64,000 nt of DNA from Kudoa neothunni (Eukaryota; Animalia; Cnidaria). Below the pieces are notes generated by a model. That model was not told the DNA's origin and searched no databases. It worked only from the letters and a program-made list of their open reading frames with translations. The stretch covers positions 13,025,843-13,089,842 of the forward strand of contig OZ199838.1 in assembly GCA_964304625.1 (NCBI GenBank), read 5' to 3'. Every line of letters begins with the position of its first letter. Within the stretch, counting starts at the first letter, position 1. The translations under genes were made by a program, and so were the position numbers. Below are positions 29,386-42,318 of this stretch, one piece after another.

Positions 29386-29829
29386 ATTTTATATGATATA
29401 TTTTTCGACCTGTAGTATTTGTATTTAGGTTGATGGTTCCTAATTTGTACTTCCTCCACATAATCACTTCATAAAACTTTTTAATTTTTTCAACCTTTAT
29501 GTTTATACATCATTGAATTTTTAATTCATCCTTGAACTGGATTTTCTTTTCGCATACTGCCAAATTCTCCTTTCTATAAATGACCCCGTCATTAGATTTT
29601 GAACAATAATCCACCTTTGTTTAACCTTTGAGCACATCTGAATTGGGCACTTTATTGGTGAAATGGGGTTCATTTGGACGTAAGATTTTTATTTAAGGAG
29701 ATATTTTGTATCTATTGTAAAACATTTTTGAGAAAATGAAACGACTTTATAATTACTTTCGTGTTAAAATATTTTAACGCGTACATATATATTCAAAAAA
29801 AGGCTATTTAAAGTCCCTTTCGTTTAATT

Positions 29830-31293
29830 CAGGGGTCACCAAAGTTTTGGACTAGCGGACCGCATTTTTGATTTTCGTAAGCTTTGAGGGTCGGATTAAA
29901 TTTTTCCCCCAAAAAAACTGTTATAAAAATGAAGCAAAATTGATATGTAACAAGTTAGGAAATTTTGCCTGGACGTTTTTTTTGTTTACAAGATCAAACC
30001 CCTGGCGCAACTTGTTAGGTTGTGAAGTTCGGGCTGGTTAGGCCTTCTCCATTTACGCTTTAGGCACCGCAGCCTCATATTAAGGCGACTTACGTTTATG
30101 CAGTAGTGTGGAATTTTAAACCACTAAACATTCTTGTTTCGGAGAAACCACTACCCTAACCATACCCTGGACCAACCCATAATTAGTCTGGGAAAGTAGT
30201 CTGAATGCAGGCGTCGGCTCTACGAAAAGCCCCTAGTGGGTTATATTTCGTTCCTGTACCCCCTCGTTTATGAGCGCCCAAGATCTACCCTCCCAATTTC
30301 AATAAAATCCACGATAAACCGTAGATCCTTGCGATTACTACAGCCTTCCTACTCAATTTCGGATTAAGAGTAAAGGAACGCCCGGACTAGGCTTCGAACC
30401 CACAACCTCAAGGTATGCGATCTTGACCTAACACCACTATGCCATATTGTCTAAACTTTTTGCCTGGATGTGAAACGTGAAACTGACTTCTGTTCGCTAA
30501 TGGTTTATCCCATATCGCTAAAAAACGAGTAATTTCACTCACGAGAAATGCATTTAAGATGTTTATCCGACTGAATTCTTGTGTCGACATTTAGTAAATT
30601 TCATTTTTGAGGCTTCAGTGGGATAGCGAATGGCCTGTCGTCTGATGCATAATTAAAAAAATTGCGAGGTTTATAATATTTCTTTTTTAAATAAGAATTA
30701 TGATTTTTTCGTACGGAAGTTCACAATTTAATAATTTAATATCCAAGTTGCGTGGATGCTGATAAGATGCTCTTTGGTCGAGTTTTTAATTTTTTTAATA
30801 ACCACTATTTGGATATAAGTACATAATTTTATAAAATATTGTATATAAAACTAGAAAACATCTAAGGAACGATGTGTATTACTTCATCATTTAAAATATA
30901 TTATTAAATCAATTAAATTCAATGTGATTAAAAATTAGAGTAATCATTGAAATGAATCTAATTTATAAGTTTAAATATTCAAGAATTTTAACGTATTAGG
31001 AACATTGGAAGCAAATAAACCTCGAAATTTATATCTTATCGATTTGTGTAATTTATATACTGAATCTTGCTACAGTAATGTGTCGATTTTCTTTTATTTT
31101 AAATAAAACTAAATAAAATCACCATAAGGAACTAAATTATGAGATTCAATCGACGCTGATCTATTAAAATAATATACTGATAGCCTCCAAGGAAAATGAC
31201 ACAGTTCCGTGTGCGCGAGCGCATTCGAACTTTAAGGGGGACACCGGGGGCCGGAATTGAATTCATTGGAGAGTCGTACTTTGGTGACCCCTG
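29830..31293. mobile_element. Non-autonomous hAT (Buster-type) element carrying a SINE insertion
   Basis: Perfect 16-bp TIR CAGGGGTCACCAAAGT; perfect TSD GTTTAATT (29822-29829 and 31294-31301). Confidence 0.9.
29976..30457 (-). mobile_element. tRNA-derived SINE, copy 1
   Basis: Minus-strand A box TGGCATAGTGG (30434-30444) and B box GGTTCGAAGCC (30390-30400); tail CTTGTAAAC+A8; 13-bp TSD TTTTGCCTGGA(C/T)G; colinear with 58309-58805. Confidence 0.88.
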
Positions 31294-31303
31294 GTTTAAT
31301 TTA

Positions 31304-31537
31304 TAGGAGGAGATGCCTATTGGCATTGTACATAATCCAATGTCATTAGTTTTGAGAATATTTATTTCTGGTCCATTGCTTCGTTCTTAGGAACCAGAAA
31401 TAATTAAATGTAGCAGATTCTAACAGGTTAGAGTTGTATACAGCTCGTGAAAAGAGTTCCCTGATTAAAAATTGTCCTTGCGCATGCGTGCACATGCGGA
31501 TATGATTAAATTTGAGCATGTAAATAGCCGTTTTCAT
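31304..31537. mobile_element. MITE family A copy (reverse orientation)
   Basis: taggaggagatgcctattggca ... aatagccg ends; shares cagaaataattaaat...agattct core with 63153-63385. Confidence 0.6.
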
Positions 31538-32397
31538 TTTAGAACTCTAGTTCAGATATATAATTTATTGAGAAAGATACATTAAACTAATAAAAATAAT
31601 ATATAATTTAAAATTTCTATATTTTACCTTTTAAGTAAGATATGCGAGACTTTTAAAAACAACAATAATTTATTTAAAAATTAATTATATTGAAAATTAG
31701 TAAACTGAGACCAAATTCGAAATGTAATTTAGACGATTTGATAAGCTATTCAAAATATCAAGTTTTCATGGTATCGGAAATTTTAGTTAGCACCGAGTAG
31801 TACACGCAAAAACTTGATACCAGTGCAACAATAATATTGATCTTTTCCGTTAGATCTAACATCTGTCGTGACATTTATGCTAACACAATGTATATAAATA
31901 TTGTAGCTATATGACAACAAGTACTAATTTGTTGTTCATAACTATAATGATTAGATAAAATGATACGTATTTTTGTAAACAATAGATATTATTATATAAT
32001 ATTTATATTTTAGTAAATATAAAATAATAAGTAGGATGTGAATTCAATGATATTAAAATCCCTTGTTTTTTATTTGGAAAATTTCAGTTAATGATATCTT
32101 TTTACTAACGAAAATTTTTTATAATTTTCTTATTTTATGAAGTAAAAAAATAATAGAATCTAATTTAAAGATCAATGAAATTTTGAGGTTGAACGCAAAA
32201 TATACTTTGAGAAAGCACTAAAACAGTGTAATGCTGCCATATTTGGACATCCAGTACGGATGGCTAAACAAAATTAGGATATTTTATTTTTCAAAAGAAA
32301 AAAGATAAAATGGTAGACGTAAATTTGAAAAATTATCATATCAACTTATCAACAAAATATATTATAATAAGTGGAGTATAGAATGTAAGGATGGGAT

Positions 32398-35169
32398 TCA
32401 ATCGCCATAAGGTCGACCTCCTTTTCTATAGTCACACTCGGCATATATTTGAGATTCCACTTGGTGGACACGTATTCTTCTGGAAATATAGCTAAGAAAG
32501 TCGGTTCCATTTTTTCTAGATATTGCTTGAATAACTGCATGGTGGATAGAATTTTTCTCGGTCTTCAAATAAATTAAAATAAGATCAAATTAAATTAAAT
32601 AAAGATAAAAACCTTGTGATTAAACCGGGTAAGTTCAATGAGAATATTGTCAGGAAATCTAGGTTCAGCATATACAATATTAGGTGTTACTTGATTGTGC
32701 AATCTTGGGGAGTCCATTGCATCCTTCAAACTCATCCCCAATATAACATGATTGATCAACACTTGTAGAACTGCTGAAGTAATCATTGAGCCGCCGGAGC
32801 CCCCAGCCGAGAAAACAACATGATTCGAGTTGTCTAGAATAATAACTGGCAATGCGCTGGATTGTGGCCGTTTTCCTTTGGTCGGATAGTTGACAGCAGA
32901 CGGAGGCAAATGGTACTCGTTGACCATGTTGGGGAAGCTAAAATCATCCATTTCGTTGTTGTATATAAAACCATATTTGCTAGAACCGAATTTCGCACCA
33001 AAGCTACATCAAATAATTATCAACAAGGAACCACTCACTTCCAAGTTACTATCCATTGATGGTGCTGGTCACTGAAACACAATTACCCCATTTGTCCATA
33101 ACAATAAGATGAGTGGTGCCGGTTTTAAATGGAACCGATCCATTTATTAGATAATGGTTGACGCCATGTGTTTTGTAACCAATATTTTTAAAAAGACGAT
33201 CGGCCAAATCTGATTCCATAATGTTATCAACAACCTAACATGACTCTATTAAAAGACGTAAAATAAAAATTATTGTGTTTACTTCGTCAACACTTGGCTC
33301 GAAATCTGGGTCAGCTAACAGTGTTCTCATGCCATATCCATGTTTCATAGCTTCAATCAGGGTATGATAGACGAGGGGAGCATTTTTCAAAAGATCTTTC
33401 CTGGTCATATTTGATTCTATGTGGATTGACAATCTCATAATTATTTCACTTAAAAATCAATTACTCTGAAATATTTTTAACATAAGAGCCAAAATAGGTC
33501 CACTGGTTGGAGCTGGTCCGGTAACAAGCTCATATTCATTTAATGCCATTCTCAAGGGTTCACGAGTTTTTGCCGTATAATTGGAAATATCGGAGTCATT
33601 TATGCATCCATCAAACTCTTTTATTTCTTCTTGTATAATTCTTGCATTTTCTCCAAAATAAAATGGATCAGATGAGTTTGCGTTGGCGATGGTTTTTAAC
33701 AATTTTGCGAGTTTTTTATTTTTAATCGTTTGTCCTTCGGTTGCAAGTTTTCCATTAACAGTAAATAATTCTCTAAAATTATTGTGCTTATTGTCGAGTT
33801 ACATATGAAAAATATGTACTTTAACGTGGGCTCATTAATAATATCAGTTTTCCACTTGTCAATAGCAATACTTAGAGAAGGACCCACTTTGAACCCATTT
33901 TCAGCCATTCTTATTGCAGGTTGAAATAGTTTTCTCCAACTCAACTTTCCAAATTTTTTCCATGCTACTTCCATTCCTTTAAGTTCACCTGGTACCGCCA
34001 CAGATAGCCCACCTAAGTATTCCAGATTGTGATTATTACATCAAAACTTAAGGGAAATGACGAATAAAGAGTTAGAGATTTACCAGAATAAATTTCGTCT
34101 TGATTCCTAACCATATGGGGGCCTGAACAAGCAGGAGCTTCTTCTCGAAAATCAATAAGTTCGGTGAGGTTTTTTTTGGGTAAATGCACCAGCATAAAAC
34201 CTCCTCCTCCAATACCCGAGGAATGAGGGTTATTGACCCCTAAATAGCATATTAATTTGTCTAAAAAAATCACCTATATCAAGTTCATACCTAGACACAA
34301 AAGGGAAGCAATTGCTGCGTCCACGGCAGTTCCTCCTTCTTTCAATATTCCCCAGCCTGCTTTGCTACAACTAGGAACGTCGGTAGCAACAACTTGTTCC
34401 TTAAAAATAAAGGAAGTATTGTAGGGGATGTTGTTAACCGTTCTATTTTAATGAATTATTTGCTGAGCAAATTTGATATTATATTCATATTTACTTTCCC
34501 ATATTGTAACGTTTATATATTGTTGATTCAAAGCTATCCATGTAGATTGTGCTTAGAACGATCAGCAACAGAAAAATCATACATAAAAGTGAATTCATTT
34601 TGATCGGTCAACGAACGCTCGACTTTCACACTTTTGCTATGACTTATTAAAACGAGTCATAGAATATTTATTCCGACTCTATCACATTTCATTACGATAC
34701 CCTTGATACATGTTTTGATTTGTTTTCTTAACTACCGATGATATTGAATATAGCAATGTTGTTTACCAAAATAAAAACTGTCTATAGGTGATTTTATATA
34801 AAAATAAAATAAAAAATTAATGCCGATTTATTAATAACAAATTCCAAATCTAATTAATAAATATTAGAGTAGAGATAAATAATTTTCTTCATAAAAAATA
34901 AGAATTATTAACGAGTATTTATAGCTTAATCATATTCAATTTTATAAGAAAAGAATTATACTAAACCATATTTTATAACTAACTCTAATTTTGGTAATTT
35001 TCAAGTGTATTTCTTATTTCTTCGTTCCACCATCGATAGTTAGCTTACGCTATCAATATAACACCTGGGACCACCCATTTAGTCAATAGTACCTGTTGTC
35101 ATAATAACAAATTTTTACAGATAGCTGCCAAATTAGTTTCCGGGACTCTCGATGAGAAAAGTTAACCAT
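32398..35169 (-). CDS. GGT: Gamma-glutamyltransferase / glutathione hydrolase, type II membrane; frameshift near 33089
   Basis: GGTAVDAAIASLLCL; SSGIGGGGFM; IDFREEAP; AVPGELKG; catalytic Thr in GTTH; TSTIN; NNEMDDFS; KRPQSS; PRLHNQ; DYRKGG. The N-terminal TM exons (35030-35169) are inferred. Confidence 0.93.
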
Positions 35170-36167
35170 TTACAAAATACGACTAACTACTTATATGGAT
35201 TGGCTTAAAGATAAATAAAACATTCAAAATTATAATTTGACGATTCGTCAATTGCATTGAGGGTAATAATTCTGTTCGAAGCATATATAATTAATCTTCC
35301 ATTCATTCAAGAAAATTTTGTTGTGTTTGATATAGAAACCATTCAGTAATAGATAGAGGCTCTATTTTCCCCATTTCTATGAAAGAAATCAAATTTTTTA
35401 TGGTCACCATAGAAATCAAAAAAATAAGAAAAAGATAAAAATTTTAACTATTATTTAAATCGAATGTTGATTTTCAGCTGATATGCATTAGAAAAATAAT
35501 TATATCGAAATACGATGAAAGACGCACAAGTCTGTCCACATCCGAAATACCGGGGATAGTGTTAAATAGACATTAAAGAAAGACAGGGGAAAAATTAACA
35601 CATATTGTATTAATGACTTTTTCTCATTAATATTCCTTTATAAGATTCAAAATAAACTTAATTAGGTTCTCTCATAGCTTACTTGCTAATTTTTGTTGAG
35701 AAAAGATTCAGATTTAGAGAACAATTTTGATTAACATGGGCCATAATAACAAACTAGACACCCTAACTAAACCGATACTTGTGAATAGGAGATTACAAGG
35801 ATAAATCTACAGTAACTTCTTGCCATTAATTTCTAAAAGCTTCTAGTCATTATTTTATTTACCTGAAAAAATTAAGTTTAAATTGTATTATATAAAACCA
35901 AAAAATATTATCCTAAAACAATACAACCAATTGACGATTAAATATAAAATAATATTCGAAACTATAAAGCCACATTAAAGTTTATATAATAAATGATGGA
36001 TAACATAGGGGCCATGGTTAAACAACAATCCGCGTTTCTGTTCGAGATCTGGGGTCTCTAGAACCAACAAACAAACCCCGCAAGTACAACATTACGAGTA
36101 ACTGTTAAAGAATCTTTTGATTTAACACACTTAAACAGATTAACACACGCATACCAATCTGTCACTT

Positions 36168-37452
36168 ATGGTGTTAGGTGGAAAGATACTGTTGAAGATT
36201 AGCAGACATTCATTTAGAAAGGCTATACATATGAGCGCGTTAGCAGGAAAAGTACCACGAAGTTTTATGCTGGTATCGGCGAATAATAAACAGAATTTGG
36301 ATACCTGTATGAATTCCAATGCAGATGCTGTTATTATCGATCTAGAAGATACTGTAGAAGAGACCAAAAAAGTAGCTTCCTCAAATTGTACAGCTGTTAT
36401 GATTCACTATCACTTCAACATCTAGAAGGCAGCTAGAATCGATGCAGCCAAATGGTTGACAACCTACTCTGATTTCACCTCAGACGTCTCCATTAGTCTT
36501 AGAATTAATAGTTTAAAATCTGGGGTTGGGGCAGATGATTTCTGCCTCTGTTTCCCCCATTTCAAACCACATACTAATCTCGTCTACCCAAAAGTAGACA
36601 ATATTCATGATATCAAAGAAGTAGAATACGACCTCAATTTGATCCCACATAACGTGTTTGATTATAGCTGGAAAAGTTACTGTTAGAACAAATCAAGCTG
36701 GAGCCACAAACCAAACTTCATATCCCAGTTAACCTCATCTTGGACGTGGAAAGTGCAATGGCTTTTGTCAATCTCAACGAGATAGTTCATTATACCAAAT
36801 GTGACAGCCAGATGTTGGAATTGAAAGGATTGATTTTTGGCAGTATTGACTATACAAGAAGTTTGGGTGATGTTAGTAAATTGGTAACACTGTTATAACT
36901 AGAGGTAAGGTCGATGTTCATCGGTTTACGACACTGCATACCTGGATATACCCCGCTTTCAACTAGTCCAAATAGCTAGAGCCTACGATATTCTCTCAAT
37001 CGATATGATGACCGATGACAAGAGTAAAATATACTCTCAACCTAATTAACATTTGAATCAATCTAGTTCTGGATAGTTTAAAAACTGAAGCAACCAAAGC
37101 GTACAACATGGGATACACATGTGATTAAATTTTTGGTTATAGATTTAATTTTGTTACCCAGCCAAACTATCGTTAAATCAAAGTCAGAACCAAATAATCA
37201 ACGAATGCATGATGCCGTCGAAGCCGCTTATCCAATGGGCTTTAGACGTTGCTCATAAATTCGAAGCGGCCGTAAAAAACAAAAAAGTATAATTATTGTA
37301 AACGAAAACTATTTAAAATGGGTTGATGATCAATTAATATATGTATTTAGGAAACCATTGAGCATGATGGTAAAGTATATGGCAAGGCAATGTACTTACA
37401 CGCCAAAAAAATAATTGAACTCGGAAATGCTTTCACCAAAAAAAGCAACTGA
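36168..37452 (+). CDS. CLYBL: CLYBL/CitE-family (citramalyl-CoA lyase-like) protein, probably mitochondrial
   Basis: Basic N-terminal presequence; PRSFMLV; DAVIIDLED; LRINS; YPKVD; VESA; LIFGSIDY; ARAYDILSID; stop TGA at 37450-37452. Confidence 0.82.
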
Positions 37453-37539
37453 AACAACATTCAAAAATATACAGTTAAATCAACGGCTGTTAAATTGAAC
37501 CTGACAATACGTAGAGTTAGTAGTAGTATAAAATATTAT

Positions 37540-38061
37540 TTAGTTTTCTTTGGTCAGGAAATCCTCCAAAAAAGTTTTTTTGGGAGGCTTGAAAACAGTG
37601 TTAAAAAAATTGAGAGCTCTATCACGCGTCATTCTGCATTTTCGTACTTCTCTTTCAAGCATCTGTGCCTAAATTTCAAACATTTACAGTTATTATTAGT
37701 TTTAGGTCAATTTAATGTCACCTTGACAATAAACATATCAATTTCTCGAGGGTCCGTAATTTTGTCACCCAATCGAAACTTTTCTTTCATCATATAGTGA
37801 AGTTCAGCTCGAGGTATTCCAAGATAGAGTTCGCAAGAAAAGTAGAGTGACTAAATACAAAACGACCAGGGACTACGTATAGGATCGAAATTATTTAGAT
37901 GTTACGTTGTTCATCATCCTTTTGCATAATTTCAACAATTTCAGTCTTGCATCTTTATGATCCTTGGAAAAAATAAATTTCTGAGGGGCTATAGATAGCT
38001 CAGGGCCGTTCTTGGAATTGTTCGCTGCGTTGTAAATGAACCTTTGCATCAAGCGAGACAT
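37540..38061 (-). CDS. NDUFA6: NADH dehydrogenase 1 alpha subcomplex subunit 6 (LYRM6/B14), 3 exons; absent from the ORF track
   Basis: Spliced translation MSRLMQR...FIFSKDHKDARLKLLKLCKRMMNN|...MKEKFRLGDKITDPREIDMFIVK|AQMLERE...FF...PPKKTFLEDFLTKEN* aligns with NDUFA6 (IFSRD..EA; VTDPRVVDLLVIK; DFLSKF). Confidence 0.82.
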
Positions 38062-39899
38062 AATGCGTGGGATTTAAACTTAATACGGGTCGGGTATTAT
38101 CGGATGTTTAAAATCATTCCACCCAATTGGAATTCCCGATAAATAGGCCAATCAAGTCCAATCAATCAATTAAATACAATATAAATTATTAATTATTTAG
38201 GTTCGATAAATTTTGAAATTTTAATTGACCATTGATTTAACGAAATTTTGAGCATTTGGTTGGTTCCCTTTTTAAATTACTCGTTTTTACTCGTGATAAT
38301 TTATTAACAAATCTACATGCGTTTATGACGAACATCACATCGTCAAAAATGTCGAATAATTAGTGGTAAATCACTTGAAACTTTTTTTATATTTAAATCT
38401 TAAGTTGATTATTGAATTCCTAAATTGCCATCTGTGCTTAACCTGGTGATGCTATGCGTTGATCATTACATTAAATTAAAAAGTGTATATTACTTCGAAT
38501 GCACCACATATATTTGGAGGTAGCACGTTTTATTCCGAGCGTTGTTACAGTATTGTATTTTCACGCGTTTTTTATTGACGTCTTTTGATTGTATTCTATA
38601 TTTTATCGTATTTCGTGACTAATTATACCATTCTGCTGAATTGTTCTGTCAATATTGAAAGAAATTTCAACATAATAAATGCCATAAATATAAAGAAAAT
38701 TAACCCATAGAAAATGGAAAGGTAATGTACACAGTTTGCGAAAAAATAATATGCGCATATCGTGTTGATTTACAAAAAATTATTATAAAGAGTGAGCGAC
38801 GATGCTGTGAATTAAATATACTGTATGAGCTTAAAATATCAGAGAAAATCTTAAAAACAAGACGTCGATTAGCCGACGGCGTAAATTAGAAACAAGAGTT
38901 AAATATTATTTTTTGACTCTTAGTGCCTAATGTTTACTCAAATTTCAAATGAACAAAAGAAAAAATTGTATCTCCATGTCGCTCTTATTTGAATATTTTC
39001 TCCAAAGTAGTTTTAAAATATTAAAGTAATTTTTATTTATTTAAAATCAAACTTAAAATAATTTTGGTGAATTATAACTAGGGATGCAATTTTCGACCTT
39101 TATTTTGTTGGCTGAATGGCACGAGTATCGAACATCTTAAATTAGAAAGAATTTTGAACTAGATTCGTGCAACAAACTCCTCCTACCAAATAACTATAGG
39201 GAAGAATGTCGATAATAATAACAGAAACCTAATTTTTCTATTTTTTTCTATCTCTAAAAAAATAACTGTCAAATATCTTGAAGCGCTTTTTTAAATAAGT
39301 ATGTTTCTTTTACGTTATTTGTTGTTAACTTTCATTTTGTTGTGGAGAATTTCACTTTGCAATGCCTATAGACTAATTCATTTTCCATTTTCATTATGTC
39401 GATCCATTCAACAAAAACATTATTAATTTCTCTCCAGTTACTATCCATTTCAAGTTTTTGAATATTCTTGGAAAATAACCATTTAAATTTTTTCTAAAAT
39501 TCGAAGACTAAAATTAATTTAAATCCACGACTGTAATTCTTGATTATAATATTAAATACGCATTCAACAATTTAAAACAATGTAATTTATTTTTATGAGT
39601 GCTCTCAATATATTCCATTTAAAGATTCTTGTTAAAATATAATTTACCGTTGTTTAGGAATATTCCCATATATTTGAAAAATTGGATCATTAATTTAAAA
39701 AAGTTAAAAAGAGGTTATTGTTGTGTACAATCTAATAAATCATTGTTGTCATTGTTTTAAATATATAATGCATCCAATTAAGATAAAAAAATATATATGC
39801 TAAAAAATGAAATTAGGGGCTGGGATCCAATCGTACCTTAGTTGTATATTCACGGAGGGAATATGAATTAATGTTACCCAGAAAGCTAATAAAGATGAG

Positions 39900-40013
39900 G
39901 CGAAAAGTCGCATGTGACTCACTCGCGATACCTAATCCGTTCATGGTATCAATCTGATTAGGAGACTTCACACCTTAGTAGCTGCTTCAATGAAAACTAC
40001 CTTGTAAACAAAA
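39900..40013 (+). mobile_element. Diverged 3' portion of the SINE family, or of a partner retroelement
   Basis: gcgatacctaatccgttcatgg..acttcacaccttagtagctgc..cttgtaaacaaaa aligns with the SINE 3' end. The 5' boundary is uncertain. Confidence 0.55.
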
Positions 40014-40565
40014 GTAAAATGGTCAAAATAATTTATATTGACAGATTTGTATGATTCAAGTATTTTATGGGTAATTTGTGATGAGATAACGGGGTTTTAA
40101 TAGTTAATAGGTAAATTTTTCTGAACAGTAAATCAAATTTAGGGTTTAAAAAACAAAATGCAAACAACCCGAGGAAATAATTGTCCCAAAAATAAGAAAT
40201 CTATCTATTATAACATTAAAAATACCATTTAATTTAAATAAACCAACGATTGATTTTTTAGAATAGTAGGAAGACAATTAGAATGGAAAATAACAGTCAT
40301 TGCCTAGTAAACAAATTGATTTTATTTGTTGTTTCCAAGTAATAAAAAAGCTAATTTACAATTACTAGGCAAACAAAATTAGTTTAACGACACAAACGAA
40401 ACAGAAAAACAACACATTACCCTCATTAACCCCTATATAACTTTCACAATGTGAATAGATATGATCTAACATAAGACAGGCGTTAACCATTCAGAGATAT
40501 AATGTACTGAATCGATAGAAACGACGTTTACATCAATTCTCTAGCATAAATGATATTTAAGGGAA

Positions 40566-42131
40566 ATGTTTTTTAGCTCAAACATTTTAAAATTAAATAC
40601 GGATCCGTATTATTCCAAAAGTTTTAAGGAGTCAGTTTTGCCGATTGCATCTAAAAAAATGGAAATTCCGCACCAAAATTTTGAGAAATATTACAACAAT
40701 CTAAAAAATAATTATTTAGACGTGCTGAAAAACCTACATATCAAACTTTATGAGCTTTCAAATATCAATTTGATGGCCATGTCGGAAAAGGCCAAAGCTA
40801 GAGAGGTTGATAGGCTAGAGCAAGGACTGAAACGCCTCAAACAAAGGAGCCATATTTTGCGGAGTCGTCTCCTAATTCTTAAGAAAAATATCGAGGATCT
40901 CAAAGTAAACTTGACTGAGAGACAGAAAATTCTAACTAATATGAGTAAATTTAACACCTATTTTGAAACCAAAAAAGCACCTCCAACTGCATATGACTCC
41001 AGCGACAGCACAAGCACAAGCAGCACTAATGGCAGCGGTACTTTATTAATGTGAGTATGATTTTAACTTAGTTTTATTTGTTGGTAGATTCCGATGATGA
41101 ATTACCTTCAAAGAAACTCAGTAATGCTAAAAAATTACTACCATTGTTTGATAATACCATTAGAAAGACAATCGATTGGTACAAGAATTCCCATTAGAGA
41201 GTTAAAGTAAATATTTGAGTGTAACTGTTATTTTGTTGATCACATATTTTAATCGATTAGACAAGAAAACCTTAAGAAGTCCCCACATTGGGATGACGAA
41301 AGTGAAGACAGTTCTCCTCCCAGCTCGTTAGCTGAAGAGCTCAAAGGTAAGTAACAACAAAAGTTTTTTTAACATTTAAAGATAAATTAGATCCCAATTC
41401 ATCTCCGGACAATTCTGATTCCGACCCATACGTCAATCCCCGTCCCATCTCCAAGGATCCAAGTGATTTTCGCAGCATTCAACAACTCTAATGAAATTTC
41501 AAACCTTATTTTCATTTAGAACCAATAAAAATCCTACCGTCTAGTAACTAATGATACAATTAGGTGATTGTTCTAACGCATTTCTTTATATAAAACAACT
41601 ATATATAGATTTAAGCATATAAATTCCAATTCTCAAGCAAAAGTATCCCCAAAAAGTAAAGAAAAACCTCCTAGGTACTTATACAAACAGAGCAATACGT
41701 TAAGATTAGATATATCAGTTTAAAAGAAGAATGCACTGACAGAGATCACAAAAGTTGTATCGAAGCTTTAAAAGCTCAAGTCTACAAAGACCTGGATCAA
41801 CTTGAGAAACTCGTGCTACCGTTTAGCTCATCAAAGAAAGAAGCACCACCTGTCGCCTCAGAACAAGAAAGTTGTTACGTTCTCAGAAATTAATCATGTT
41901 TATTAACCCTATATCCATAGAAACAGCAAGCATCAAGAGCAAACAATCTCAAAAACCTAAGCCGTTATCTGCAGTGAAAATTGTCAACTACAACACTCCT
42001 CCTAAAAAAGAGGACAAAGTATGGGTGTACTATACTTTGCGACTATTTAAACTAACCAACTAATCGTTAATAATTCATAGAAAGAGGGAAATATCGACGT
42101 GAAGGCTTTTGTTAACAAACCGAACAAGTGA
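40566..42131 (+). CDS. Hypothetical protein: N-terminal coiled coil with a Ser/Pro/Lys-rich low-complexity tail; multi-exon
   Basis: 162-aa heptad-rich ORF followed by a series of short GT-AG-bounded exons to TGA at 42129-42131. No family recognised. Confidence 0.6.
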
Positions 42132-42318
42132 TAACAGGGTCACATGATACACCACCCTCAGCAATCTCTATCTAACTTATTTTTACTATTTTTTTCATAT
42201 TCATTCATTACCTTCGATTTTCAATCTACTTTAATTTTTATGCATCCCAGAAAATAATCCTCATCAATGAACACAAAAGTAAAACAATAATAATAGTAAT
42301 AATATGAATGAAAATATA

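Noticed and set aside
30380-30452. tRNA gene (also 58730-58800)
   Set aside because: A and B boxes are present, but I cannot fold an acceptor stem or cloverleaf, and it continues into a repeated body with A-tail and TSD. It is a SINE head.
3064-35169. Thiol/glutathione gene cluster (SLC3, QSOX, GGT)
   Set aside because: The genes are spread over 32 kb among unrelated genes, with no sign of co-regulation.
38073-38113. Hairpin upstream of NDUFA6
   Set aside because: Only 6-7-bp AT-rich stems, expected by chance.
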